Origin: Mayamaea pseudoterrestris | Lineage: Eukaryota | Length of the DNA: 64,000 nucleotides | Direction of reading: 5' to 3' | Assembly: GCA_027923505.1 (NCBI GenBank) | Contig: BROI01000002.1 | Location: 1,488,001 to 1,552,000 of the forward strand | Shown: positions 43,094-54,519 of the stretch, in pieces | Layout: each line of letters starts with the position of its first letter | Numbering within the stretch: position 1 is the stretch's first letter | Notes under the pieces: generated by a model | Seen by the model: the letters and a program-made list of their open reading frames with translations, nothing else | Databases searched by the model: none | What the model was told of the DNA's origin: nothing | Program-made: the position numbers and the translations under genes

Positions 43094-44434
43094 CTACTCA
43101 TCATCCGCTTCATCAAACTCCTGTTCCGCCTTGACTCCCGCCAGGCGAACGCATTTCACAAAATTGTTGGGAATCGTCACCATGCGCCCCCGCTTGTTGA
43201 TAATGACATCCATGGCGTTGCGATCCACCAAGGTGCCTCGCAGCGTGCGATTCGAGTTGAACGGATCAATCGTTTCCACATACACTCTTTGGTTTCTGTA
43301 AGCGTCAAACTGCTTTTGCGTCTCGATCACATCCGGCGCGCCGGGTATTGTCAAGACCAACTCGTGTCGCGCCAAGACTTGACACTCCTCCTCCACACTC
43401 TCCAGTCCATCCAGTATCGCTTGCGCAATGGTCGACAGCTTGGCCGTGTCCACAAAGAGCGCCCCATCAACCGCATCCTGCGGCAATGTCTCCATGAGCT
43501 CCTGTCCAATGGACGAAACGTGCAGCGCCACATCGGCGCGCGACTCCTCGTTGACATATAGCGGCACATTCACCAACGGATCCTGGTCGTCCAAATGGTG
43601 CGGCTCGTCGGAATCGTCATCAGGATCCTTGTTGGCGTAGTAGAATCGACGCTGGCGCTGTAGTTCCTCGGCTTCCTCGGGCGTTTGGCGGCGGTACATG
43701 ACTGGGTCTTCCGTGGCGTCAATGTCGGGTGGATTGGGATCGGCCGGGTCTTGGTATTCCGCATTCTCCGGTTCACAGACTTGCATGACGGGACCGCGCG
43801 CCTTTAGTAAATCGCGATCCATTTCGTTAATTGCCACAGGATCCAACGTGACTAACAGCGTCGTGAGATACCACGTGACATCCAAGACGACTGGTCTATT
43901 GGCGGCAAACTCGGACGATTGGTAAATCATCTTTTCGGCCTGCAGACGCCAGGGAGACGTAATGGGAGCCTCGCAGCCGGCCGTGTCGCCTCTGCGCCAC
44001 GGCTGGTGCGGAATGGGATGCGGCAGTTGGGAAGCATCGGAAACGTCGCGCAACTCTAAAATGTCGTCGGGGTCAACGACTGGAACGGATGCGGCGTCAA
44101 AGGTTGGAGTGGGGCCGTCATGGTCCGTGACAATGGATGGAGGGCGGTTCGACTTTCGTGCTCGTGGAGTTGCGGTGGAGTGTAACAGAGTGTGGAATGG
44201 TCGAGTTGATTGGATTTTTGATGATTGATGTCTCGTTGGCCTCGCTGCAATTGAAAATGCTCTTATTTCCATAAATTGACTCGACAATAAAGTAAATAGC
44301 AATGTAATGTTAAACGTCATCTTGCTGCTACTCATGAATTGCGAGGCGTCGATGTTATGATTGAGCATCAATGTAGAGATGCAATGATGATGATCTGCCT
44401 GGATTCCATCATGGCGATTTGATGGCTGTCGCAA
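43094..44434 (-). CDS. Putative plastid-targeted RimP-like ribosome maturation factor
   Basis: Signal + 'RAF' presequence; C-terminal ELVLTIPG...QFDAYRNQRVYV...LRGTLV...VTIP...VKCVRL resembles the RimP C-terminal Sm-like domain. Confidence 0.65.
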   Translation of the reverse strand: MRQPSNRHDGIQADHHHCISTLMLNHNIDASQFMSSSKMTFNITLLFTLLSSQFMEIRAFSIAARPTRHQSSKIQSTRPFHTLLHSTATPRARKSNRPPSIVTDHDGPTPTFDAASVPVVDPDDILELRDVSDASQLPHPIPHQPWRRGDTAGCEAPITSPWRLQAEKMIYQSSEFAANRPVVLDVTWYLTTLLVTLDPVAINEMDRDLLKARGPVMQVCEPENAEYQDPADPNPPDIDATEDPVMYRRQTPEEAEELQRQRRFYYANKDPDDDSDEPHHLDDQDPLVNVPLYVNEESRADVALHVSSIGQELMETLPQDAVDGALFVDTAKLSTIAQAILDGLESVEEECQVLARHELVLTIPGAPDVIETQKQFDAYRNQRVYVETIDPFNSNRTLRGTLVDRNAMDVIINKRGRMVTIPNNFVKCVRLAGVKAEQEFDEADDE

Positions 44435-44733
44435 TTGTCACATGCATCGCAGCGGTAAACAGTGCGCCACATTATGCAGTCATTTTGCGCGCGCCATTTT
44501 GCGCGAGCACAACCATCCCTGATTCGACAGGTCGAAGCTACTGCTTCTGTTGAGTCTACAGTCGTTCCAAGCGCTAGCCAAGCGACGGCACAATCAACAC
44601 AAGACATAAAATAAACAGATTCGCGAGAAACTGCCGTTAGTAGCTGCTTCTGATTCCCAGTTTACTGTCAAGAATCCCATTTCAGCTTCAAAAATTTTCA
44701 GCTTCTCGCCCCTTCCGTGACCAACATTACAAC

Positions 44734-46434
44734 ATGCCGACACAGGATCGTCTCGACCGCATGGTGAACTGCACGAATCGTAAATGCGCCGTCGTTTTGC
44801 TTTTCGTCGTGACCAACTTCTTTTGTCTGCGAAGCTTGCGATTCACCGATCGCATCGCTAGCCTTCAGGGGGACGACGGCCACGTGCTGGTGCAACACTT
44901 ACTGCAGCGGCAGCAACGTACCACGACGACGAGCTCGATGCAGTCTACTAATGTCACGAAAACAGCTTACGACAAGACTGGAGCAAACAATATCACTGGG
45001 CAAAGTGCATCAATCAGGCAACAACAGACGGTTGATGTGTCATCGAATATGGAACAGCAAGGCAAAGTCCAAAATGACAGTAATTCATCAATTGCTTCTG
45101 CTATCCAACCTGATTCACCACCAGACACGCCAAAGCGCCTCAACATACTCATACTCTATCCCGACGACATGCGCCACGATTCACTGAGCATTGCCGGCAC
45201 CCAAGCTGTGCAAACACCCTTTCTCGATTCCTTGGCCAGAAGTGGCATGCGCTTCACACACAATTGCGTCACCACTTCCATTTGCTGGATCAGCCGGGCC
45301 AACTTGTTCACCGGTCAGTACGTATCTCGTCACAAGGCTAACACACTGCGCGCCTATCTACAACCCGACGCCTGGAACAAAACGTGGCCCGCCATGCTGC
45401 GCCGCAGCGGCTACTACATTGGTCACATTGGCAAGTGGCAGTACTACGACTCGGGCATGCTCAAGCATCGCTATGATTTCGCGCGCGTCTACGAGGGCAA
45501 GCACATTTACGGTAATCTGCATGTCACGGACCGCAACGAGCAGGACGCCATGCAGTTTCTCCGCAAATCGCGAAACAAGTCCAAGCCGTTTGTTCTGCAG
45601 ATTGCCTTTTACGCGCCAAAGGCCGTGGGCACGGGTGACATGCAGTGGACGCCCAAGAATTCGTCCATGCACTTGTATCAAAACTTGACGTTTAAATATC
45701 CGGGCAATTTGAACGAATCGTTGGCCCGACTGCCAGCCTTTCACAACAACAATCGCAAGGGCGAAGCGCGGCGGCGGTGGCAGCAGCGGTTTGGAACGCC
45801 GGCTAAGTTTGACGCATCCATGAAGGCATACTATCGCATGATTACGGAACTCGACGAGTGCAGTCGCAACGTTGTTGCGGAGATTGAACGACAAGGTTTG
45901 TTGAACGAGACAATGATTATCTTTACGACAGACAATGGCTTTTTTCACTCGGAGCATGGCTTGTCCGGCAAGTGGTTTCCGTACGAGGAAAGTATTCGCG
46001 TGCCACTGATCATTTGGGACCCGCGCATGCCCCAACACGTTCGCGGCACCACCAGTGATGAATTCACACTGAACATTGACCTTGCCGAAACAATCCTTGG
46101 GGCTGCTGGACTGGCGCCTGATCCAGGCATGCAGGGTCGGGACATTGCCGACTTGTACTTGCCGGATAACAATAGTAACAGCTCGATGCCGTGGCGGAAG
46201 GAGTTTTACTACGAGTTTCCTGGTCAAGGAAGTTTGAACATTGTACCGGCCGCGAATGCTGTCATTCGCAAGGATTACAAGCTCTTTCATTATCCCGAAT
46301 ACGACCTCTGGCAGCTGTTCAACCTGCAGGAAGATCCCTTGGAGGAGTTCGACTTGATCGAGGACCCAAAGTACGCGCAACTGGTCGTTGAGCTCAAACA
46401 GCGCTATGAGGAAATGAAATTGGCCGTCAAGTAA
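44734..46434 (+). CDS. Formylglycine-dependent sulfatase (S1) with N-terminal anchor
   Basis: NILILYPDD, CWISRANLFTG, GYYIGHIGKW, IFTTDNG..H..HG..GKW.PYEESIRVPLII, NIDLAETIL, LFNLQEDP.E. Confidence 0.92.
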   Translation: MPTQDRLDRMVNCTNRKCAVVLLFVVTNFFCLRSLRFTDRIASLQGDDGHVLVQHLLQRQQRTTTTSSMQSTNVTKTAYDKTGANNITGQSASIRQQQTVDVSSNMEQQGKVQNDSNSSIASAIQPDSPPDTPKRLNILILYPDDMRHDSLSIAGTQAVQTPFLDSLARSGMRFTHNCVTTSICWISRANLFTGQYVSRHKANTLRAYLQPDAWNKTWPAMLRRSGYYIGHIGKWQYYDSGMLKHRYDFARVYEGKHIYGNLHVTDRNEQDAMQFLRKSRNKSKPFVLQIAFYAPKAVGTGDMQWTPKNSSMHLYQNLTFKYPGNLNESLARLPAFHNNNRKGEARRRWQQRFGTPAKFDASMKAYYRMITELDECSRNVVAEIERQGLLNETMIIFTTDNGFFHSEHGLSGKWFPYEESIRVPLIIWDPRMPQHVRGTTSDEFTLNIDLAETILGAAGLAPDPGMQGRDIADLYLPDNNSNSSMPWRKEFYYEFPGQGSLNIVPAANAVIRKDYKLFHYPEYDLWQLFNLQEDPLEEFDLIEDPKYAQLVVELKQRYEEMKLAVK

Positions 46435-46708
46435 GCAGAATTGCTGGGCACAAGTCGTCATGGCGCATTGTTGCAACGAACAACCTGCTAATGTATTGCG
46501 CTCCAGGGTCTATGCTCCGGGCTGCGCTGCCATAATTCGTCCAAACACTGACAAGCTGGCAAATCACTCGACGCGGAATGGCGAGTTAAGATTGGTACGA
46601 GTACAGTACAAACAGCGATCTAAACTGCAGTCGTTTGCTATTCCGCATCCGACATTACATCATCAGATTAAAAGTACAACAGCTTTTTTAACGCATGCCT
46701 CATCTTAA

Positions 46709-48793
46709 CTATTGGTCAACATGTTCCAAATCCATTCGATAGCTATACCGAGCATCGTCGCTAATCAAAAAGCGAACGCGTTCCACGAGCCAGTCTATTT
46801 GCTGGTCGTCGCACTCGGCAGGACCTGTCCAGTCGTCTGATAAACCAGTGGCCCGTTTCTTCGAGTGCAACAAGTCAATCTCATAGCTTTCCAACCAGAT
46901 CTCAAACACATTGTCCTCCTCGCGAGCCAGTGCCATGAGTCGCGTTTCAACAAAAACTTGCTTGCCAAACTCCTTTTGGAAACGCTCAGTAATCTTTTCG
47001 GCGATATTCAGGTCTCCCTCTTCGCCAGTGCAAGCGACAATCAAGTGACCACGAAAGTCTCTTTCAAACTCCTCGTCCTTCACATAGGTGTAATCTGTCC
47101 GTTGAGCAATCATTTCGTGGTTGCTCCATTCCTCGCCGCCGTCCTTGCGCATATTGTACTGCCACTCGTCATAGTCGTCAATGGCATCGTCAATATCTGG
47201 TATATCAGGATGCTGCGGCTGCACATAATAGTCGGAAAATACATTGTCCTCATCCGTTAAGGCATCGTCATCAAAATCCTTCTTGTCCCATTCTGGATTG
47301 TAAACCTCCTTCATCCAATTCTCAAAGGCTGCCATTTTAATCTCCTCCTCGTCCAAATCTTCAAAGGAAATAATACCAGTCTCCGCAGGAGCCTTGTCCG
47401 GAATACTAGTGTAACCAAAACCTCGATAGTAACGTTCCAATTCGCTAATATCGGCAGCCTCAACGTCTTCCCACGTAAAGTCAAAATTGTTTTCACGAGC
47501 CTGCTTGTATCGCTCGTAAATATTTAGCTGGGGATACCAGTGTCGAAAGAGAATGGGCGCGTTTCGATTGTGCTTGACGGCAGCCAGCATGAGGTTGCTC
47601 ACGTTGAAGTTCAAGTCGTAGAGCAGCCACGTGGTGACATTGTAGGAACTTCCCTTGATTGCCTTTAGCACCTCCTGAATTTCGGTAATGGTCTGGTTGT
47701 CAAGGCGGTTCCAGTCAAAGTTGTTTGCCGTCTGCATAATCTTGTCCCATGGTTCCTCGGATATAATCTTGTTTACATCTTTGAAGGCGGCGTCAAGTTC
47801 CTCCATGTCGTTGTCCGAAACCCCCGTCGTGTCGCGCAGCAAATTAAATTCGCCCTCCTGCGAGCGCGGAAACGGCTCGTCGACGACAATGTCGTATGGT
47901 TCCGAAGACTCTTGCTCCACATTAATGTTTTTGACGTCATTTTCCGTCAAGAACTCCATTTGACGAGCAGCTTCTTCGACTTGCTGAAAAATGGGCAAGC
48001 TGTCAAACTGACGCGCCTGTTCATCCGTCATTTCGTTTTGCACCCATTCCTCCGCGTCAAACTCCTCCGCTTGGGCTCGCTTAATGGATGCCTCTATGTC
48101 AGCCATGACTAGTTCCTTTTGCTTCATATAGTTGGGGTCGTCAGGGTCGTCGAGGATTTCAATCGTTTCGTCCTCCGCTTCCTCCTCCTCCCAGTCGTCG
48201 TCAACAACATTCACCAGACTTTCAGAGTCACTAGTCTCTTGCAAGCTACCGGCAGCAATGTCAACGTCTACTATATCATCAAGATCATCGTCCTCATCTT
48301 CCAGTTCTAGTACAATGTCGTCAAGCTCATCGTCATCATCATCAAGCACATCATCTTCATCATCCTCCACTTCATCTTCATCAACATTTACAATTAAATC
48401 ACTATCCACTTTATCACTCTCAAACTCATCCTCCGCAATCACGACATCGTCGTCGTTTTGGCTCTGCAAGTCGTCGACAATGTCGCCCAGCTCGGCGGCA
48501 ATGTCCGCCTCGGTCCAGTCGGCGGGAACGTCGTCCAGCAAGTCGTCAAAGTCTTGGTCGTTGTCACTATCTGGAATCTTGGCGCATAACGCAAAGGCTC
48601 GTCGTGTTTGTTGATGCAGTTGATTGTTGGCTGGTATCCGTTGATGGACATGGTGATGCCCTTGACGCGTCGATACAAAGCTCACTTTTTGGCGCCGCGT
48701 CAATGCAAAGCTCGAAATTTCACGCGGCAATAGCAGCAGCGCCAGCAAAAGTATAGCTTGGCTCGAGTATCTTATTAATAATCGTTGCATCAT
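46709..48793 (-). CDS. Putative plastid-targeted acidic conserved hypothetical protein
   Basis: Signal + 'SSF' + basic transit region, long D/E-rich tract, globular aromatic-rich C-terminus. Confidence 0.8.
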   Translation of the reverse strand: MMQRLLIRYSSQAILLLALLLLPREISSFALTRRQKVSFVSTRQGHHHVHQRIPANNQLHQQTRRAFALCAKIPDSDNDQDFDDLLDDVPADWTEADIAAELGDIVDDLQSQNDDDVVIAEDEFESDKVDSDLIVNVDEDEVEDDEDDVLDDDDDELDDIVLELEDEDDDLDDIVDVDIAAGSLQETSDSESLVNVVDDDWEEEEAEDETIEILDDPDDPNYMKQKELVMADIEASIKRAQAEEFDAEEWVQNEMTDEQARQFDSLPIFQQVEEAARQMEFLTENDVKNINVEQESSEPYDIVVDEPFPRSQEGEFNLLRDTTGVSDNDMEELDAAFKDVNKIISEEPWDKIMQTANNFDWNRLDNQTITEIQEVLKAIKGSSYNVTTWLLYDLNFNVSNLMLAAVKHNRNAPILFRHWYPQLNIYERYKQARENNFDFTWEDVEAADISELERYYRGFGYTSIPDKAPAETGIISFEDLDEEEIKMAAFENWMKEVYNPEWDKKDFDDDALTDEDNVFSDYYVQPQHPDIPDIDDAIDDYDEWQYNMRKDGGEEWSNHEMIAQRTDYTYVKDEEFERDFRGHLIVACTGEEGDLNIAEKITERFQKEFGKQVFVETRLMALAREEDNVFEIWLESYEIDLLHSKKRATGLSDDWTGPAECDDQQIDWLVERVRFLISDDARYSYRMDLEHVDQ

Positions 48794-49070
48794 GTGTATC
48801 TACGTAGCAGTGTACAATGTCAAGGACATGCCGATCAAGTCGATGGAGGTTGTGCTGGATCTGATGGATGGTGGTCGAGTCACGGTATGTGTCGCAGTAT
48901 CACTGAAATGGCGCGTCGCGATGGCTACGTACCGGCATCGTACAACCTACCGGTAGCTAACACAACATGTACTTCATGTATTTAACATGAACTAAACGGC
49001 ATATACGCTGCTAGCAAAGTGTTGGCATGACTACTTGCACAAGATTTGGGTTCGACTTTAGCATCCGTAC

Positions 49071-52000
49071 TCACGTAATGATGCATTTGCTGTTATGGTC
49101 GTCGTCGTCTTCGTCAGGCTTGCCGCAATCTTCCGTATCCTCGTCTTTGGCACACGCCTGAAGGATCGCCATGACTTGAACGCGGATGCGCGTCTTGCAG
49201 TCTCTGCCGTTAACGTGGGCGAGACTTTCAACATCATCAGCGAGACGGCCAGAGTACAAACCTTCCTGCCGCATCGTGTTCAACACCTTTGCCCAACATT
49301 TGATTTGACGGTCGCTAAAGCATGTCGCCAGCTCGTCTAATAGATGCTGGCTCACGATGTTGTGGTCGCGTTTGAGCTCTTCAATGGCCTGCGTAAATGC
49401 GGCTAAACAAATCTCGTAATCGACTTTGACGTCAGATGTGAAACGCACACCGGCTGCGTAGGCGCGTCTCGCAATGACACCGATGCAATGTTTTATCATG
49501 GTCGAGTCTCCAACTGGGTCATGCAAACTGGCGGAATCCTTTAACTCTACAAACTCGTTGGTAGGCTCCTCGTGTCTGGACACTACTCGACTTTTGCATT
49601 CGCGAGTCTCGTCAGCCTTTTCTCTTTCCACCAGCTGGCGAAGTTCATGAATCTGATCATTTTTCCTAGACAGCACCTTTGCAAAAAGTCTTACTTTCGC
49701 CTCTGCGTCTCGTTTCATCATGTTCAGCTGCGCATTCAAGCGCTTCATCTCGTCATCTGGCGTACAAGGCGCTTTGCCATTCTGCGCAACCTCAGCTTGC
49801 TCACTGTTGCTTGCCACTAGCTCAGCGCGAAGTCCCACGATAGACTTGTCGGCGATTAAAAGCCTACTTTTGAGTCTTCCGTTCTCTAGTTCAACACAAT
49901 CCATCTTTTCTTTGAACTCGATTTTAGCTTTGTTTGCTGCAGCTAGTGCTTTGGAAACTTTGGCAAGCTCTGACTTATGCTTGTCCTCTTCTTTCATCTG
50001 CGGTGTTACAACGGGTTTGCACATTTGCTGCGCTAATGCATCAGCGCTGGCTTTTGTACGAGCATGTTTAGATGCCTTTTCAAGTAGCTCCAGTTGCTGC
50101 TGCAGACCCACGTTCAAACTTTCGGCTGCCAATAACTTTCTATGAAATCCCTTATTTTCTAATGTCAGCGCCTTGTTTTCTGATTTCAGCGTCATGGATG
50201 CGATACGTTCCTCGTGGATTTGTCGTTTAGCGTCAATGGTTGCCCGACGAAGCTTTTCGTTTTCTAGTACGAGCCTATTCTCCGTCCGTGTGGCCAATTC
50301 ACGAACTGCTTTTTGTTCTCTAAGCTCTCGTTTCATGTTTGCGATCCTTTCATGAAGTTTCTTTGTCTTGGCCTCAAAGGTCGTGCTCGAGAAGTTTGCC
50401 TGGCTGTTTTGCATTTGCAGTTGGTTCTCCAACCTCATATTCTCCTCCACCAACGCCTCATATTCTTGCCTGTGTGTGTCGCTTCGATGTGACAACGTCG
50501 CGTCGGAGGATATCGCTTCTGAATGATTTTCAAGCTGGTCTGTCAACTTCTCGTTTTCATCCAAATTAGCTAATTCAGCTTGGTCAATTGCGGATTTAGT
50601 TACGCAACATTCATTAGCGCTTGTCGATTCAGCCAACTCCTTCGCCGCCAGCAACTCAACATTTCGGAGCTTTTCCAAAGCTACACTCAAGGCCTGTTTA
50701 GTGGATGCTAACGCCACGCACTCCTCTTCTTTGGCTCGCAGCATCGTCAGAGCCTGCATCAACTCAGTGCTGACGCAATTATGCTCATTTGCAGTCGCTT
50801 CAAAACGGCCGGTCTCTAAGAGATCCCCATTTTCACCTGTAACCATATGCTTCGCCTTTAAACTCGAGACACTTTCGCCGCCCTCCAAGTTTGGTTGTGC
50901 CACAATGGCTTTTTGTGACTTCATACGTTCATTGTCAATTACACGTTCAAAATCAGAGGTTTGGTCTACTTCACGTACAGTGACCATGTTACTTGCAGTT
51001 AGCGACTGGTGCTTCATCTGAAGCCGGTCAAAGGCAATCCGCTTCGCGTCCAATATTCTATGAACCGCGGCCAGATCTTCGGCGAGCGCTTTGCTTTCGT
51101 GTTTTGCCTGCATCAACTCTTCAGCGCTATTAATGCTTTCGCGATTTAGTTTAGCCAAATGATCGATACTTAAAGTGACGTTATTGTGTCCTTGGAACGG
51201 CGGAGTGACAACGACATTTGCAAAGAGATTCATACCGGGTGAGGCATGAAGGGAAGCGACGGTCGCATCGCCCCTGGGGAGCTGCGACATGAGGCTCATG
51301 TTGTTCGCAAATTCTGTATCATAACTCTGCCGTAACTCCTCGAGTTCGGCATTTTTCGCCGATAGCGTACGCGCCCACGATGATTCTTTCTTGGCGTGTC
51401 TTTTCTTTATAAATGTCAAACTCGTTTCCATTACATGCTTCTCATTCTGGACACGCGTGAGCATTGCCTCGAGAAGCGACATCTTCGAGTCCTTGTCGGT
51501 AGCGTACAGTGTATCAGCCGCGTGCATGCTTCGTTTGGCGTCGTCAGCGCTCATAAGAATTGAATCTGACGTTGATTTGCCGCCGAAAGGCACGTCCATT
51601 TGCTTTTCAAGCTGGGTTGCCGCAAGCTTTTTGATTGTTGTAGCATAGTTCTGCTCGTCCCTATTCCCAGTCCTTGTACCTAAATTGTCTGCATCCGACG
51701 CCTTGGCCAAGCGAGCAGCAGTCTCGGCAGGTTCGCCATGAGGCTCAGAATCATGCATGTTCGCGTCGGCATTTATCCTTGCATGTTTGCCTTGCCTCAG
51801 ATCCTCGGCTATGCAAGTCTCTCTGGCAGATGATTCACTATCACTTGCAGTGAGCTTTACCGGCGCTTCAGGTGTTCCATTGTCATTATCTGAGGCCTCT
51901 GGAATGCTAGGATGCGCCGTCTTGCTTCGCTTTTGATTGTCATTACTTGCGCTCTTCGTTTCAAGACTGTCATCTCCATCTACAATCGGGTTTGTCAGCT

Positions 52001-52235
52001 CTTGCGTTACCTCGAGTGGACGTTTGTTGGAGTCAAGAGATGAAACTGTAGGCTCCACATCGACGTCCGAGCTAGCAAATTCAAAATGCTCCAATTCTTC
52101 ATCCGAGTTGGTTAAATCAAAAAGTTTATTCGGTTCATATGACGCTGCGCTATTCGTTCGTCCACTTTTCTGCCAAGGCGCCTTTGCTGCTGCGGCTAAA
52201 GTTCCCTCAATCTCGTCGGCGCTACTTTCCGTCAT
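49071..52235 (-). CDS. Large coiled-coil hypothetical protein (1054 aa)
   Basis: Uninterrupted long ORF with heptad-rich composition. Confidence 0.75.
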   Translation of the reverse strand: MTESSADEIEGTLAAAAKAPWQKSGRTNSAASYEPNKLFDLTNSDEELEHFEFASSDVDVEPTVSSLDSNKRPLEVTQELTNPIVDGDDSLETKSASNDNQKRSKTAHPSIPEASDNDNGTPEAPVKLTASDSESSARETCIAEDLRQGKHARINADANMHDSEPHGEPAETAARLAKASDADNLGTRTGNRDEQNYATTIKKLAATQLEKQMDVPFGGKSTSDSILMSADDAKRSMHAADTLYATDKDSKMSLLEAMLTRVQNEKHVMETSLTFIKKRHAKKESSWARTLSAKNAELEELRQSYDTEFANNMSLMSQLPRGDATVASLHASPGMNLFANVVVTPPFQGHNNVTLSIDHLAKLNRESINSAEELMQAKHESKALAEDLAAVHRILDAKRIAFDRLQMKHQSLTASNMVTVREVDQTSDFERVIDNERMKSQKAIVAQPNLEGGESVSSLKAKHMVTGENGDLLETGRFEATANEHNCVSTELMQALTMLRAKEEECVALASTKQALSVALEKLRNVELLAAKELAESTSANECCVTKSAIDQAELANLDENEKLTDQLENHSEAISSDATLSHRSDTHRQEYEALVEENMRLENQLQMQNSQANFSSTTFEAKTKKLHERIANMKRELREQKAVRELATRTENRLVLENEKLRRATIDAKRQIHEERIASMTLKSENKALTLENKGFHRKLLAAESLNVGLQQQLELLEKASKHARTKASADALAQQMCKPVVTPQMKEEDKHKSELAKVSKALAAANKAKIEFKEKMDCVELENGRLKSRLLIADKSIVGLRAELVASNSEQAEVAQNGKAPCTPDDEMKRLNAQLNMMKRDAEAKVRLFAKVLSRKNDQIHELRQLVEREKADETRECKSRVVSRHEEPTNEFVELKDSASLHDPVGDSTMIKHCIGVIARRAYAAGVRFTSDVKVDYEICLAAFTQAIEELKRDHNIVSQHLLDELATCFSDRQIKCWAKVLNTMRQEGLYSGRLADDVESLAHVNGRDCKTRIRVQVMAILQACAKDEDTEDCGKPDEDDDDHNSKCIIT

Positions 52236-52624
52236 GCTCCACGCAACAAAAATGAGAATAGCTAGTCGTAGTTCCAGATAGTTAGTTTATCCAGGATAGA
52301 AATGTATTGCTTGCAGGACACCAAAACGATGTCCATACTGCTTCTCGAATCTGATCCTCGAGGCTCGAGGGAGTAACATTTGCGGCGCGCGCAGGCGCGC
52401 GCTCGCACCGGTTCTCGATCTACGTTCCTCGCAACGTGTACCGGTACCGGTACGCGGGATTTTACAACTATTGCCAATCAAGTTAAAGGGTCCTCCTTCT
52501 ATAGAAGCTACCACACATTTACAAGTGAACTGATCTTAATGAATGCAAAGCTTGATCCGGGATAAAACTACCGTATACACACGATCATTGCGAGATTTCT
52601 TGACCCGAAAGTGTTTCGGGTACT

Positions 52625-53767
52625 TCAGATAATGTCAGTCTGCTTTTCGTCATTGACAAACGTCGGATCTGGCTCGCTACTGCTATTTGCCGTCAAATTT
52701 ACAACCAAAAAACCAACAATCACAGCAACGGCGCCCCAGAGGGATATCAGACTATCAACACCCTCGCCAAGCATCCAGTCTGCGAAGAGAGCCATTGGAA
52801 TCGTCAAGCCAATTCCGACCGTTGCAGTCGTCGCGCCACATGATACAATTATCCGACAAAACAAATACTCGATGACCATAAAGTCCATGATACCCTTAAT
52901 GACAACTAAGGCAAAGACAGTGGCGGTCAAAGTGATCTGCTCATAAGCTATCCATAAAGCAAATGGAAAGAGAGGGATGCTGCACAGAATCCCGGCATAG
53001 CCAAGCAGCAGCTGCGTGCTATATAAATCCTCGTTTTGCGGACAAAAGAGCCGTATTTGAATGCTGTATGTGGCAAATGCCACAGAGGCCAAGAACGCCA
53101 TGACGTCTCCAAACAAGGCCCTTCCGGTACCGTCAGCTTCCATATCAGTCTCGGCGTCTTCAAACGTCGTCATTGCCGTCCCAATGACTGCCATCATGAC
53201 GCCAATGAGCTTGCAGTGGTCATACTTCTCTAGTCGCAACATGACCGCCATGGCAAAGACCAGCACCGACTGCGTTGATATGAGCACAGTCACCGACGCA
53301 AGAGTTGTGTGCACCATGGCCGCATTGCAGGCCCAGTCGGCACAAAACATGGCCGGCGCGATATACATGGCTGCAACGATATGCCTCCGATGGTTCCACT
53401 GCGTATCTTGATTTTGAATGAGCTCCTCGGTACGTCGCGAAGCAAGATCGACAATGTCGGTATAGTTTTGCAGTTGACTTATTTCGCGTTCCAAACTATC
53501 AAACGACTTGATCGAAACTGGAACAAAATTGGTCAAGCCCACTCGATCGGTCAATGCCTTGATTGGCAGCAAAAACGCAAGCATGGACATGCCAATATAA
53601 GACATGAGAAAGGGTGAATGGAAACCCTTGGTTGAGTATAGATATTGCGTCAAAACGCCAGCCAGAACCCACGTTACGCATTGAACGATAATGAAAAAGA
53701 GGCCGAGCACGTAGCGCTGCGTTTGTGGATCGCCAATGGATGGCAAGGGATACGGTAAGGGAAGCAT
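52625..53767 (-). CDS. DMT superfamily / SLC35F-like transporter
   Basis: About 10 TM helices; FHSPFLMSY, GDVMAFLASVAFATYS, TTATVGIGLTIPMALFAD. Confidence 0.85.
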   Translation of the reverse strand: MLPLPYPLPSIGDPQTQRYVLGLFFIIVQCVTWVLAGVLTQYLYSTKGFHSPFLMSYIGMSMLAFLLPIKALTDRVGLTNFVPVSIKSFDSLEREISQLQNYTDIVDLASRRTEELIQNQDTQWNHRRHIVAAMYIAPAMFCADWACNAAMVHTTLASVTVLISTQSVLVFAMAVMLRLEKYDHCKLIGVMMAVIGTAMTTFEDAETDMEADGTGRALFGDVMAFLASVAFATYSIQIRLFCPQNEDLYSTQLLLGYAGILCSIPLFPFALWIAYEQITLTATVFALVVIKGIMDFMVIEYLFCRIIVSCGATTATVGIGLTIPMALFADWMLGEGVDSLISLWGAVAVIVGFLVVNLTANSSSEPDPTFVNDEKQTDII

Positions 53768-54519
53768 GCCGATCGCTTTAACAAATAGATATCAACAGGT
53801 CCGATCCTGACGTTGGAGCTCGTCCAGGAAAGGTTCTCATGCACAACTCTCGATGGAGTAGCTACCAATGCACAAACAACGTCACGGCCAAGCTGATCCG
53901 AGTCAACAAGTTTTGAGGTTATATGGAATGAAGGAGTTGGACTATTTTGTAGTATAAGAGGGCATGCCGAGCTGTCCACGGCGGCAAATGATTTTTCGTG
54001 AACCGCGACGAAGGCAAATCTTGGAGTCGCGAAGTCGCAGGCGCAGAAAGGGGACTCGGATTCCGAATTTCTGGGGTATCTCAACGATGACGAGGTCTGA
54101 CACTACCAAACTGACACGTGCCATTGCGTTATGTAACTTTGAATACGTAGCTCGTGAATACCCGCATGCAGAGGCGGGACTGGAGTAAGAAAGATATCAT
54201 TTGAGCCCGAACTCTAATTCAGGTGTTTCCGTTCAGACTTTTTCGCTCGCCAAGGATGAAGACCTCCATGTTCTTTACAAGACCCTCGCCCATTTATCGC
54301 AATCATGGTAACGCCTTCACAACCTGTTGCATGGCAAACGAAGGAAACGCAAACAAGTACCTACAGATCAGAGGAGACGAAAGCCTTGCTAGGTTTGACG
54401 ACCTCTGGAAAGTGAAGGAGCGAGCGAGGAAAAGGGGTGCGAGAAAAGCTTCGTCTGCCGACCACTAGTCGTGCCAACAACAATCACCAAGCTCCGAATC
54501 CTCGCCAAGATTTGCAGCC

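Noticed and set aside
10036..46434. Sulfotransferase plus sulfatase as a sulfation gene cluster
   Set aside because: About 33 kb apart with many unrelated genes between them.
45358..46476. 372-aa antisense ORF over the sulfatase
   Set aside because: Shadow ORF explained by codon bias of the sense gene; no motifs.
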